Shown here: positions 14,254 to 23,940 of the stretch, one piece after another | Numbering within the stretch: position 1 is the first letter of the stretch | Layout of the letters: each line of letters begins with the position of its first letter | Source of the DNA: Nitrospirota bacterium | GTDB lineage: Bacteria > Nitrospirota > UBA9217 | Assembly (NCBI GenBank): GCA_963741205.1 | Contig: CAVUHW010000026.1 | Location: 96,001 to 160,000, forward strand | Length of the DNA: 64,000 nucleotides | Direction of reading: 5' to 3' | Program-made: the position numbers and the translations under genes | Notes under the pieces: model-generated | Databases searched by the model: none | The model's input: only the letters and a program-made list of their open reading frames with translations | What the model was told of the DNA's origin: nothing

Positions 14254-14607
14254 ATGTCAAAGAAGCTCTATGTAGGTAATCTATCTTATCAGATGACGGA
14301 AGACAGCCTCAGAGATGTCTTTGCCGCTATCGGAGAAGTTTTGTCCGCTAAAATCGTCACGGATGCCGCCACAGGCAGGTCAAGGGGGTTCGGGTTTGTC
14401 GAGATGGCGAATGACGATGATGCCGACAAGGCAATCGCAACGCTGAACGGCACTAACGTTTCGGACCGTGAAATTAATGTCAGTGAAGCAAGACCTCAGA
14501 AGGACCGGGGTTTCTCGGGCGGCAACAGGGGCGGTGGGGGGCAGCGCAGCGGCTTTGATCGTTCCGGAGGCGGCGGTAAAGGAAGGAAGCAGAATAATTG
14601 GAGATAA
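14254..14607 (+). CDS. RRM (RNP-1) RNA-binding protein with Gly-rich tail
   Basis: LYVGNL (RNP2), RGFGFVEM (RNP1), VSEARP; SD GGAGG. Confidence 0.96.
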   Translation: MSKKLYVGNLSYQMTEDSLRDVFAAIGEVLSAKIVTDAATGRSRGFGFVEMANDDDADKAIATLNGTNVSDREINVSEARPQKDRGFSGGNRGGGGQRSGFDRSGGGGKGRKQNNWR

Positions 14608-14798
14608 GAGTTGATGATAGAAATATTGAAAAAGCCCTTCGCCTGCTCAAGCGTAAAATGCAGCATGACGGGCTGTTCCGCGAGCTGAAAAACAGGCGTT
14701 TTTACGAGAAACCCTCGCTGAAAAAGAAACGGAAGCGGAGAGAGGCACAAAAAAGGCGGCAGAAAAACCTGCGAATGAGCAGGCAAAACAGGTTCTAG
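14598..14798 (+). CDS. rpsU: 30S ribosomal protein S21
   Basis: IEKALRLLKRK...RRFYEKPS; TTG start overlapping the end of the RRM gene. Confidence 0.92.
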   Translation: MEIRVDDRNIEKALRLLKRKMQHDGLFRELKNRRFYEKPSLKKKRKRREAQKRRQKNLRMSRQNRF

Positions 14799-14917
14799 CA
14801 GTAGAAATTACGGCGTCAAATCACCCTCAGGAAAGCCCGAAGGCTCTTATCCAAAATGTACGCCTCGGGCGTGTCAGTACCCTCTGAACAACTGCTATCA
14901 TCTTTACGCGGTTCCTT

Positions 14918-15403
14918 TTAATTTACCGATAAATCGACCGTTCCAGTCGCCGTACCTGAATATACTACGATCGTGTCTTTAAATGAGTTCGGTACGCCGC
15001 CGACGGTGCCGAAAACCGTGACTGAAAAATTGTAGACGCCGCGGTCATCGGTTTGGGCCGTAAAACCCGAATCAACCTTGACATTATTAAGGTTATTTTC
15101 ACCGCCTGGATTAAGATAAAATTGGTAGCGAACCGTCGTATTCGTTGCATTGCGCGGCTCCGCAAAACCACCCGTGATCCTAATCGGGGCTTTTGGTATT
15201 GGCGTGCCATCTGCATACCGTACGACGACGGAAAAATCCAGGCTCGTATTGTCGGCAATGGTCAAGGCCTGCGTCGGACCATTTATGGTGATTGTTGCTC
15301 CGTCAGGAGCGCCGTTGTTTTTACCGCAGTCCTCAAGAAGAATGACCGGCAATAGGAGGACCAAAAAAAATACTAGAGAGACGAGTTTTGAATTCTGTCT
15401 CAT
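14918..15403 (-). CDS. Putative Ig-like beta-rich lipoprotein or exported protein
   Basis: SD GAGG; hydrophobic N-terminus followed by Cys (LLEDCG); VRYADGTPIP and TDDRGVYNFSV resemble Big-domain motifs. Confidence 0.65.
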   Translation of the reverse strand: MRQNSKLVSLVFFLVLLLPVILLEDCGKNNGAPDGATITINGPTQALTIADNTSLDFSVVVRYADGTPIPKAPIRITGGFAEPRNATNTTVRYQFYLNPGGENNLNNVKVDSGFTAQTDDRGVYNFSVTVFGTVGGVPNSFKDTIVVYSGTATGTVDLSVN

Positions 15404-15601
15404 TTTATGAACCTCGCTTTTTGTGTAATTGAAACGTAAGCACCATAATAATATTTTACCGCAACCGACTGATTTATTGAACTTACCTAGTTGTCTAAAT
15501 AAAGGGCGATAGCTATTGAAACTTCCCAACTATGTAACAAACTGCTCAACCATGTCCATGACCTGTGTTTAAATCTTTGCACTATGAAAATCGTCCTGAT
15601 T

Positions 15602-17943
15602 CTATATTACTTCCTGTTTCACGACCCGCGGCGTTATGAAAATCAGCAGTTCGCCTTTATTTTCGCTGGTGGTCTTGGTTTTAAAGAGCCAGCCGATGAG
15701 GGGAATGTCGCCAAAGAACGGGACCTTGGTGTATGCAACAGTCCGATCGGTAGTAAGGATGCCGCCGATGACGGCGGTCTCTCCATCGGCCAGAAGGATC
15801 TCGGTCGTTGCTTCATTTTTCCTTATGGAAGGCTGGCCTGATGCTCCCAGGATCGAGGTATCCGGCGCGTTTTTCGTGGCCTGGATCTTCATAAAGATCT
15901 TTTTATCCGGCGTAGCATGAGGCGTGACCGTGAGCGCCAGTTTGGCATCGATAAATTGTATCTGCGTACCGCCTGCGGACGTGGTGGAGAACGGGATGGA
16001 GACCCCTTGCTCTATCTTGGCTTCTTTATTGTCGAGTGCGCTGACGCGCGGCGATGAGATGATCTTGCCTTCGCCCGTGGACTCCAGGGCTGAAAGGACG
16101 AGGTCCAGATTGAGTGCTTTGCTGATGGAGCCGAAGGTGAAGCCCACCGCTCCGCCGCCGGTTCCCGCGCCTGCAGCCGCGGGCATATTTACAAGAAAGT
16201 TGCCGTTTCCCGAGGGGGTCGCTCCCATGCTGGTCCCGCCGGTCACCCCTACCGAATTCGGGAAAGTCGACGCCCGTCGGGTTGCCGTGAGCAGCGTCGG
16301 CTTTAAAGTTTCCGCCCCACTGTACGCCGAGCTGACGGCTGAAAGTCAATGAAGCTTCGACAATCCTCGCTTCGATCATGATCTGGGGGATTGGCTTGTC
16401 AAGAAGCTTGATGAGGGCCACCACCTCATCGACGTTCCGAGAAATATCCTTGATAATGAGGGTATTGGTCCTTGTGTCCGTCACCGTTTCACCGCGGGCA
16501 GAGAGCGACTTTTTGATCGTACCCTCTATTGCCGAAGCCGTTGCATAGTTTATCGGAACGATGCGCGTGATCAGGTCTTCAGCCTTTTTCTTCGCCTCCT
16601 TTGATCTCAGAGTCTTCCTCGGCTTCCTTCGTCAGAGCAGCCACCGAGGCGATGCGCAGGATATTGTCTTCCAACGCGTAACCGAGACCGTTCATTTTAA
16701 GGATGATATCCATTGCCTGGTCCCAGGGGATATTGACCATTCGCACGGTCACTTTCCCACGCACATCAGGTGCGAGAATGACATTCAGATTTGCAACCTC
16801 GGCAAAAAGCCGCATGACGTTCACCAGGTCTGCGTCCTGGAGGTCGAGCGAAATTTTCCGCCCCGCGAAACTGCCGGCCCCTGTCATCAGAGCTGTCTCT
16901 GCGCCTGCCGCTTCTGATTTAGGGGCCTCGGCCTGTTGCTGACTCGTGGCCGGAACTGCTGCGGCTTCCTCTTGCCAGGCGTGAGGCGCGATCAATTCCT
17001 TTTCCGCGGGCGCGACCTTCTCCGCTTCCTGGCGCGGCGGCCCTCTCCTGAGGCTGCGGTTCCTGAGACTTGGCGGGAGAAGACACGTTCATCGCTATAA
17101 GCACGGTATTTTCTTCTGGCGTAACCGTGTACTGCATCGGCTTGGTCAGGTCCATCACAACGCGAACCTTCTGATCCGGTGCGGCGTGCTGCCCGACGCG
17201 GACTTTGTCGAGCCCGCCTTTCCTGACGGGGATAACGCTCGGTCTTACGCGACTTTTCACTCCCGGGATATCGACAACGAGCTTGTTGCCGGAAACCATG
17301 AAGGCTTTCGGTGACATGGCCCCGTCAGCGGTAGATGACCACCTTCACCCCCTCCTTGCCGGCAGAGGCACGGACCGATGTCACAACCGTTGCTGCCGCT
17401 TTCTCCGGCTGCTCGACTTCTTTTTTTCCCGCGACCGGTGGGGCGGCCTGTTCCTGGAGGGGGCGGCGGAGCCGTTTCCGTCGCAGCCGTCGCTATTTCC
17501 GGCGTTGCCTTCGCCTCTTCAATGGGTTTGCTGAATTCAACGACTAGCTTTCCGTCCAATTGATACACTTTCGATTCCACGGCCTGCGTAAGGCCAATCT
17601 CCAGCCGTGCGATATTGTCTTTCTGGCTGGGTACGATGTCGGCGACGACGCCTTGGTTGACGGCCAAGCGGTCCCGCAACGTGCCGATATCGGCGTCAGC
17701 GATATCAACGACCAGCCTCAGGGGCTCGGTCAACTGGAATGACGTATATTGCAGAATGGGGCGGACCCTTCGATGGTTATTTCCGTTTTCCCATCAATTT
17801 CACGGGGCTCGATTTTACTGAGGACAACTTGCATGCCCTGTTTTGCGGTCTCCGGCGCCTTCGTCGCGCATCCCTGGAGCACTAATTACGAGAGAGATGA
17901 GGATTATCAACCAAGTGACCTTCGGCGGTTGAGTAGGTTTCAT
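15602..17943 (-). CDS. pilQ: Type IV pilus secretin PilQ (multiple frameshifts)
   Basis: Fragments: lipobox LQGC, AMIN domains (PLRLVVDI, KLVVDIPG), ISLDLQDADL, IPWDQAM, DTRTNTLII, QIMIEARIVEA, KVPFFGDIPLIGWLFK, ELLIFITP. Confidence 0.93.
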
Positions 17944-18494
17944 TGCATCTCCTCCTGTTTTTTCCGGAGTTCGATAACGATTTCCTTGTGCTCCGTTTCC
18001 CCCGAAAAGTTTTTGAATTTTTCTTCTACGACCATCCTGTTCTGCATGATCTTTTTTACGACTCCCTTATTCAGCCCGATGACGGTGCCGACTCGAATGA
18101 AATAACCCTTGCCGTCGGGGCCTTCCACCATCGCGTTATAGCCGAAGCCTCCCCATACGACCGCAGTCAGCTTGAAGTCGCTGAGGTTGAATCGTTCGAG
18201 CGGCGGACGATCCCCCATTTTCGCCTGTTTTTCTTCCCTCACAATGATCGAGGAGAAGGGGTCCCGTCTTCCCTGCGGATTGTAGGAATAGGCCGCCTGC
18301 GCCTTTTCCTCGCCAGCTGTCGGAGTCACCTGGCTTATAGGTTTCTGCACCGGTTTCGCGGCAATTGGCTTAGGGACCGTTGTCGGCGCCTGGCTCGGGC
18401 CGGAGCATCCCCACGCCGCCATGCCGAGCAGCAGCGAAAACATTACGAGAAGAACGGACTTATTGCGTTTTTTTCCCGGATTTTGGAGCTTCAC
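17940..18494 (-). CDS. pilP: Type IV pilus lipoprotein PilP
   Basis: Lipobox AWGC, YNPQGRRDPF, PLERF, PDGKGYFIRVG. Confidence 0.93.
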   Translation of the reverse strand: MKLQNPGKKRNKSVLLVMFSLLLGMAAWGCSGPSQAPTTVPKPIAAKPVQKPISQVTPTAGEEKAQAAYSYNPQGRRDPFSSIIVREEKQAKMGDRPPLERFNLSDFKLTAVVWGGFGYNAMVEGPDGKGYFIRVGTVIGLNKGVVKKIMQNRMVVEEKFKNFSGETEHKEIVIELRKKQEEMQ

Positions 18495-19075
18495 CTTTTT
18501 TCTCCACCGCCGCGAAGGTCATCGCCGTGCAATTGATGTCTATATCAACGTTCCCGCTTTTCGCAACTTTCGCTCCGCCCATTTTTATATTGAGGATGTT
18601 GACGATTCGGGGCAAGGTGCTTATGCGGTCAAAAAACAGGGCCGTATTATGGTATCCCCCGACCAGCGATATTGCGATGGGGATTTCCTCATACAGTCCG
18701 CTTGCGTGAGTTCTTCGTTTTTCGGGCCTCCAGAGTTTGAGAACGAGGCCGGACTGATTTACCAGATTCTGGATCTGCCTGAGAAGACTCGATACTTCCG
18801 ATTCCGGCGGGAGCTGTTCCGTAAGCTCGACGAGTCTGCTTCTGCAGGGTTTTGACTTCGATCTTCAATTCATCGAGGTTCCTGATCTTGTTGTCGTTCT
18901 CCGAAATTTTCGCCTGCAGGCCGGAAAGCGACTGTTCCAACTGCTTGATCTGCGTATTCATGGGGATCTGGAATTGAAGAATATATGCGACCAAGAGCAG
19001 GACGATGAGGGATATGAATACGATCAGTCGCGTCTTCGGAGATATTTTCTGTATTTTATCTAAGAGCGGAGCCAT
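18460..19075 (-). CDS. pilO: Type IV pilus protein PilO (frameshift near 18840)
   Basis: TM segment plus coiled coil; second frame LPPESEVSSLL...GGYHNTALFFDRISTLPRIVN. Confidence 0.9.
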
Positions 19076-19077
19076 CG

Positions 19078-19623
19078 TTAACCCTTATAAACGAACTGAA
19101 GCTTGTATTTGTACACGTCGATCCCTTCACGCTTAGCCTGGATCGTTTCCAGTAACATTACATCTGACAATAAACGGGACGACTTCAGATTATCGACAAA
19201 ACGGACAACATCGTCGTTCGTAAAGGCTTCGCCTTCGATGTTGATATTGTTGTTGCTCTCGCTAAGTGACGCTACATTCACGCCGAGAGGCAGCGCCTTG
19301 CTGATCTCGTCAAGAAGCCGGACGGGTCCGGCTTGATTTTTCTTGAGTTGCTGGATGACCCCGATCTTTTCGGTGAACTTCTTTCGTTCCTCCTCGACGT
19401 CCTTCACTTCCTTCAGGACATTTTCCTGCTCCCGCACGTGCGCCTCTGCGGCGGTCTTTCCCTTTTCAAGGGCGGCGATCATATTTGCCTGCCGGCTCCA
19501 AAAATACCACATCCCCATCACCACGAGGATTATGACCAGAACGCCGAGGAGCAACTGCTGCTGCAGATCGATGACCTTCTTGGGAGGCTTTTTCTTGGTA
19601 GGCAGAAGATTTATTTTTATCAT
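19078..19623 (-). CDS. pilN: Type IV pilus protein PilN
   Basis: MIKINLLP, TM segment, GPVRLLDEIS. Confidence 0.94.
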   Translation of the reverse strand: MIKINLLPTKKKPPKKVIDLQQQLLLGVLVIILVVMGMWYFWSRQANMIAALEKGKTAAEAHVREQENVLKEVKDVEEERKKFTEKIGVIQQLKKNQAGPVRLLDEISKALPLGVNVASLSESNNNINIEGEAFTNDDVVRFVDNLKSSRLLSDVMLLETIQAKREGIDVYKYKLQFVYKG

Positions 19624-20672
19624 CGATCCCCCGGCCTCCTGATCGCAAGCCCCACGGCGACGGCGCACAGCGGGGCGGATTCTGCGATGAGCGCGGCGTC
19701 AAACCGCTTCGGATCCACCTTGATATTCTTGAACGGGTTGCTTACTTCCACGGGGATCTCAAGCCGTTCAGACAGGGTCGTGGTAAAGTTGCCGATCCTG
19801 GCGCAACCGCCGGATACCAGAACGCGCGATGCCCGCTCGCTCCCGGTAGTGGAACGGAAAAACTCAAACGACCGCTGTGTCTCGGACACGATATCGTCCG
19901 TTACGGACAGCATCACGCCGGCAATCTGTTCCTTATCTGCACCCTCGATGTCTTCGCCCCTCTTCACCTTTTCGGCGTCTTCATACGTCAGGCCGAAATC
20001 CCTTTGAAGCGCCTCCGTGTAACGGTTGCCGCCGACCGTAATGTCACGCGTGAAAATCGACATCCCGTCTTTCAGGATATTGATGTTCATGACCGATGCG
20101 CCGATGTTCAGAAGCGCCGTTGTCCCCGATTCGATGTTGTAGTTGAGCTCGTACATGTTTGCGAGGGCAAAGGCGTCGACGTCCATAACCACGGGTTCGA
20201 GCCCCGCTTCCTTCACCAGATTTACATAGTCGTTAATTTTATCTTTCTTGACCGCGACGAGCAGCACGTCGGCCTGTCCCTCTGTTACGCCAGGTCCAAG
20301 CTTCTGAAAATCGACGTTTACGTCGTCGATCGAAAAGGGTATATACTGCTCAGCCTCCCACTTAATGGATTCGGCGAGTTCCTCATCGCTCATATCGGCC
20401 ACAGAGACGCGCTTGATGATGACAGAGCTGCCGGATACTGAAATGACGACATTCTTGGTCGTCACTTTCTGCGCCGCAAGCAGTTCCTTGATTGTCTCCA
20501 CCACCCGGCCGGCATCCATGACCGCGCCCTCCACGATGACTTCGGGCGGCAGCGGGACCATACCGAATTTAACGAGCTGGTAGTTATTGTTTGAGCCCTT
20601 CAGCTGTACAAGCTTGATGAAGGTGGACCCGATGTCCAGCGCAATGGGCTCTATTTTTTTAGAAAAAAGCAT
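19620..20672 (-). CDS. pilM: Type IV pilus protein PilM
   Basis: ALDIGS, EAEQYIPF, VLVSGG, AVAVGLAIR. Confidence 0.97.
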   Translation of the reverse strand: MLFSKKIEPIALDIGSTFIKLVQLKGSNNNYQLVKFGMVPLPPEVIVEGAVMDAGRVVETIKELLAAQKVTTKNVVISVSGSSVIIKRVSVADMSDEELAESIKWEAEQYIPFSIDDVNVDFQKLGPGVTEGQADVLLVAVKKDKINDYVNLVKEAGLEPVVMDVDAFALANMYELNYNIESGTTALLNIGASVMNINILKDGMSIFTRDITVGGNRYTEALQRDFGLTYEDAEKVKRGEDIEGADKEQIAGVMLSVTDDIVSETQRSFEFFRSTTGSERASRVLVSGGCARIGNFTTTLSERLEIPVEVSNPFKNIKVDPKRFDAALIAESAPLCAVAVGLAIRRPGDR

Positions 20673-20702
20673 TGTCGCTCCGTAAACAGATAGTGCGCCG
20701 GA

Positions 20703-20903
20703 TCAGCCGGCGTTCTTGCTCTTGATGATCTTTTCAATGTTCTTAATGCTGCTCTCCGTGTAGACCCTCCAGCCGCGCCAGTCACGCTCTACCCCGCTCA
20801 GCAATCCCTCGCTCTCCCACCGAAACAGCGTTGCCCGGGAAATATCGAATCTGCGGCAAAGATCGATAGTCTTATATTTCTTTGCGGTTTTGCGTTTAAC
20901 CAT
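20703..20903 (-). CDS. Small MerR-type HTH DNA-binding protein (66 aa)
   Basis: DISRATLFRWESEGLL...RDWRGWRVY (MerR winged HTH) with no effector domain; SD GAGG. Confidence 0.85.
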   Translation of the reverse strand: MVKRKTAKKYKTIDLCRRFDISRATLFRWESEGLLSGVERDWRGWRVYTESSIKNIEKIIKSKNAG

Positions 20904-20932
20904 GGCATCCTCACTGGATAGTTTACTCATAA

Positions 20933-20983
20933 TAGTTATAGTAACTATAGTTAGGATGATAGAGGAAAAAAACTAGTTGTCAA
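20933..20983 (-). promoter_or_regulatory. Putative promoter and operator-like repeats of the HTH-pilMNOPQ operon
   Basis: TTGACA-16 nt-TATCAT on the minus strand, followed by the perfect palindrome TAACTATAGTTA (20942-20953) and an overlapping TAGTTA-N3-TAACTA. Confidence 0.6.
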
Positions 20984-21068
20984 GTTTTTTTTAGAAAAAA
21001 AAAGAGGGACTACGAGATATTGTAGCGTTGAAGAAAGAATACACTACCAGTTGGACGGAGGATGTGAT

Positions 21069-21686
21069 TCAGGTCACGTAGAACAAAACAGTGATGTAAT
21101 GACATGCGCTGCCGGCGAGAACAAAGAGATGGAATATCCCGTGGCCGTAGGAAATTCTTTTGTCCAACGCGTAGAACAGCACGCCGACCGTGTAGAACAA
21201 TCCGCCGGTAATCATCCAAGCCAGACCTGCGGCCGGGAAGACCCGCGCCAAAGGGCGAATGACGACAAGCGCGAGCCAGCCCATGAGAAGATAGACCACG
21301 AGCGGGATGACACGCCTTCTCCCGGTAATGATGACGTCCTGGACAATTCCGAAGAGCGCCAGCCCCCAGATGACGCTGAAGAGGGACCATCCCCAGACGC
21401 CGCGCAGCGTGACAAGCGTGAGGGGAGTATACGTGCCGGCGATAAGCAGGTAAATAGCGGCGTGGTCAAGTTTTTGGAAAATGGCCTTTGCTTTGCCGCG
21501 GATACTATGATAGAGCGCGGAAAAAAGATACAGCACAACCAGCGAGACACCATAGACGGTGAAACTGACAATCTTCCAAGGATCGCCTATCCGCGCGGCA
21601 TGCACCACAAGCACGACAAGACCCGCGAGCGCGAGACTCGCCCCGATCAAATGAGTGATGCTGTTTAATCGTTCATCTTCTTCCAT
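21069..21686 (-). CDS. Hemolysin III / PAQR family membrane protein
   Basis: NSITH, SALYH, LDHAAIYLLIAGTYTP, HGIFHLFV. Confidence 0.95.
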   Translation of the reverse strand: MEEDERLNSITHLIGASLALAGLVVLVVHAARIGDPWKIVSFTVYGVSLVVLYLFSALYHSIRGKAKAIFQKLDHAAIYLLIAGTYTPLTLVTLRGVWGWSLFSVIWGLALFGIVQDVIITGRRRVIPLVVYLLMGWLALVVIRPLARVFPAAGLAWMITGGLFYTVGVLFYALDKRISYGHGIFHLFVLAGSACHYITVLFYVT

Positions 21687-21758
21687 AATTATTTTAATAA
21701 TTTAACATTCCTGAATGTTCGGGTCAACAAACATTCTTAATCTGCGTGCCCACTAACT

Positions 21759-21787
21759 AAAAAAGGAGAGGCTAAATAGCCTCTCCT
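21759..21787 (-). terminator. Intrinsic terminator after cooS
   Basis: GGAGAGGCTA-TT-TAGCCTCTCC followed by T6 on the minus strand. Confidence 0.88.
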
Positions 21788-21809
21788 CAAGAATGTGCGG
21801 ATTTTCCCC

Positions 21810-23792
21810 CTAACTGTTTTCGCCGTGCGGCGTAGCAAAGGATGCCCCGCGCCGTGCCGCCATATCCATGAGTACGCGTTCGGTGCCGAAGCGTCCGGGT
21901 TCGTACTTGCGGATCTTCAGCTTCTCCCGAGCGGTATCGATGAGTTTTAGGGCCAGTTCGAGGATCTTCCCCGGGTCCTCTTCAAAGTAGTACCCTGCGG
22001 TCACCATGTCCCACCATTTGTTTTCCATGATGTCCTTGAGCGTTTTGCTGGCGCTGACCGGAGAGCCCGCACCGAAGATGATCGGCACCCCGGAGGCAAC
22101 GAAATACGTACCGATCGCGATGGCCTTTTCGCTCATCCACTCGGGAGCGATGCCGACGGCGGGAAGGCCGCCGATGTCGTCACCAAGCCCACCCGCCTCG
22201 GCGATATGGGACGCGATCGTCAGGATACGCGAGTTATCCACGCAGGATCCGAGATGGAGCACCGGCGGTATACCGATGGCCTCGCATACCTCGCGAAGGC
22301 CCTTACCTGCATTCTCCAGCGCGTTTTCCGGGGTCATGTAGCCCGCTTTTGCCGAGGCATGCGCCGAGCACCCGGTCTGGACGACAAGCACGTCGTTTTT
22401 AATGAACTCGCGGGCAAGGAAATTGTGCAGGCTGTCCTGGCTGATACGGGGATTGTTGCAGCCCGCTAGACCCACGACGCCACGAATGCGCCCGGCAATA
22501 ATGGCGTCGTTCAGCGGCCGGTAGGAACCGCGAAACGTGCCGCCCTGCATATACTCGATATACTCGTCGGAGAACCCGGCGATCATATCGGCCGGCTTCA
22601 CGTTTATTTTCCCTATATCTTCTTTCCTGCGGTTCTGGAAATTATCGATGGCAAGCCGGACCGCCTTCTTGGCGATGTCCAGGCCATGGTGCTCATTGTA
22701 TTCGATATGAACGGCATCCTTCATTCTCCCCTTCGGCGTCGTCGTGATGATCTTCGTATGGTATTTCTTCGACAGCTCGCCGATGGCAGGCATGATACAC
22801 TGAACGTCAACCACCATGGCCTCGACCATGCCGGTCAGGATGCCGAGCTCCTGCTGCAGGAAGCCCCCTGCCGTGTTAATGCCGTGCCGGATGAGGATTT
22901 CATTCGCCGTGCAGCACATGCCGACAAGATTGACGCCTTTGGCGCCCTTGGACTGGGCATAGGCCGTAATCTCCGGATCGTCAACGGCGACAACCAGCAT
23001 TTCCGCAAAAGACGGTTCATGCCCGTGCACTACGAGGTTAACGTAGTCCTCCTTGAAGATGTCGAGACCGGCCTTCGCCTTGATTGGTTTGGGGGTCCCG
23101 AACAGGATATCCGAGATATCCGTGCCCATCATGGAACCGCCCCAGCCGTCCGCCAGCGCGGTGCGCATGGCGCCGAGCATGATGTTGTTTGCTTCCTGGT
23201 CCACGCCCATAGTGGTGCGGTGCATCATCTCCACCACTTCGCGGTCGATCGCGCGGGGCGCGATGCCGAGCTTTTTCCAGATTTCCTGCCGCCTTTTTGG
23301 GGCTCGGGACAGATAAGCAAGTTCACCCCGCTGCTGGCCGAACTGGTCCAGAAACTTGAGCGCCACCTTCTCAGCAACCTCGTTTACGGCCTTGCCTTCG
23401 ACATTGATGCCGAGGTAGCCGGCCACCCGGTTCAGCTTGCGCACGTCCTTGATCTGGAAATCCTTGGCCTCCCCGCGTGCTACGGCAAGCAGGGTGTTCG
23501 CAAGGTCTCTTGCATGGTCAGAATGCGCGGCCGTGCCCCCGGCCACCATGCGCGCGAAGTTCCTCGCCGTCACCACAGGCAGGGATGCGCCGCACACGCC
23601 CTCGGCTTCGTCCTCCTTGCCCACGAGTCGGCAGGGACCCATGTGACACATCTTGCAACAGGCGCCCTGGTGCCCGATGGGGCAGGGTTTAAGCCTCTCC
23701 GCGCGGTCGAACGACGTCTCTATCTTTTTTTGCGAAGCCACCTTGAGGATGGCCTGCGCAGCCGGGTCAACAGACTTAAGATTTTCTCTCAT
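21810..23792 (-). CDS. cooS: Anaerobic Ni-Fe carbon monoxide dehydrogenase catalytic subunit
   Basis: D/B-cluster CPIG...CCKMCHMGPC; catalytic AHSDH and SEKA; C-cluster ligand motifs HGHEP, MCCT, VQCI, GCNN, TGCS and GSCVD are all present. Confidence 0.97.
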   Translation of the reverse strand: MRENLKSVDPAAQAILKVASQKKIETSFDRAERLKPCPIGHQGACCKMCHMGPCRLVGKEDEAEGVCGASLPVVTARNFARMVAGGTAAHSDHARDLANTLLAVARGEAKDFQIKDVRKLNRVAGYLGINVEGKAVNEVAEKVALKFLDQFGQQRGELAYLSRAPKRRQEIWKKLGIAPRAIDREVVEMMHRTTMGVDQEANNIMLGAMRTALADGWGGSMMGTDISDILFGTPKPIKAKAGLDIFKEDYVNLVVHGHEPSFAEMLVVAVDDPEITAYAQSKGAKGVNLVGMCCTANEILIRHGINTAGGFLQQELGILTGMVEAMVVDVQCIMPAIGELSKKYHTKIITTTPKGRMKDAVHIEYNEHHGLDIAKKAVRLAIDNFQNRRKEDIGKINVKPADMIAGFSDEYIEYMQGGTFRGSYRPLNDAIIAGRIRGVVGLAGCNNPRISQDSLHNFLAREFIKNDVLVVQTGCSAHASAKAGYMTPENALENAGKGLREVCEAIGIPPVLHLGSCVDNSRILTIASHIAEAGGLGDDIGGLPAVGIAPEWMSEKAIAIGTYFVASGVPIIFGAGSPVSASKTLKDIMENKWWDMVTAGYYFEEDPGKILELALKLIDTAREKLKIRKYEPGRFGTERVLMDMAARRGASFATPHGENS

Positions 23793-23940
23793 GACGTTTA
23801 AAAACTCCTTCCTACAGGAGATGCATCATCGCCTGTTTACAAACCATTGGATTATACAAAATTTTTAAAAAAACCACCTGAAGCTTACAGCCGCCAAGTT
23901 GATTTATATACCGTTTCTTGTTTCATTTCTTCAGGACAGG

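Noticed and set aside
15602-17943. pilQ frameshifts as phase variation or pseudogenisation
   Set aside because: They are not in long simple-sequence tracts, and the same error pattern affects essential genes.
23840-23915. FNR/CooA- or Rex-like sites upstream of cooS (also near 29221 and 31997)
   Set aside because: Only half-sites or matches with several mismatches in AT-rich DNA; not supportable by eye.
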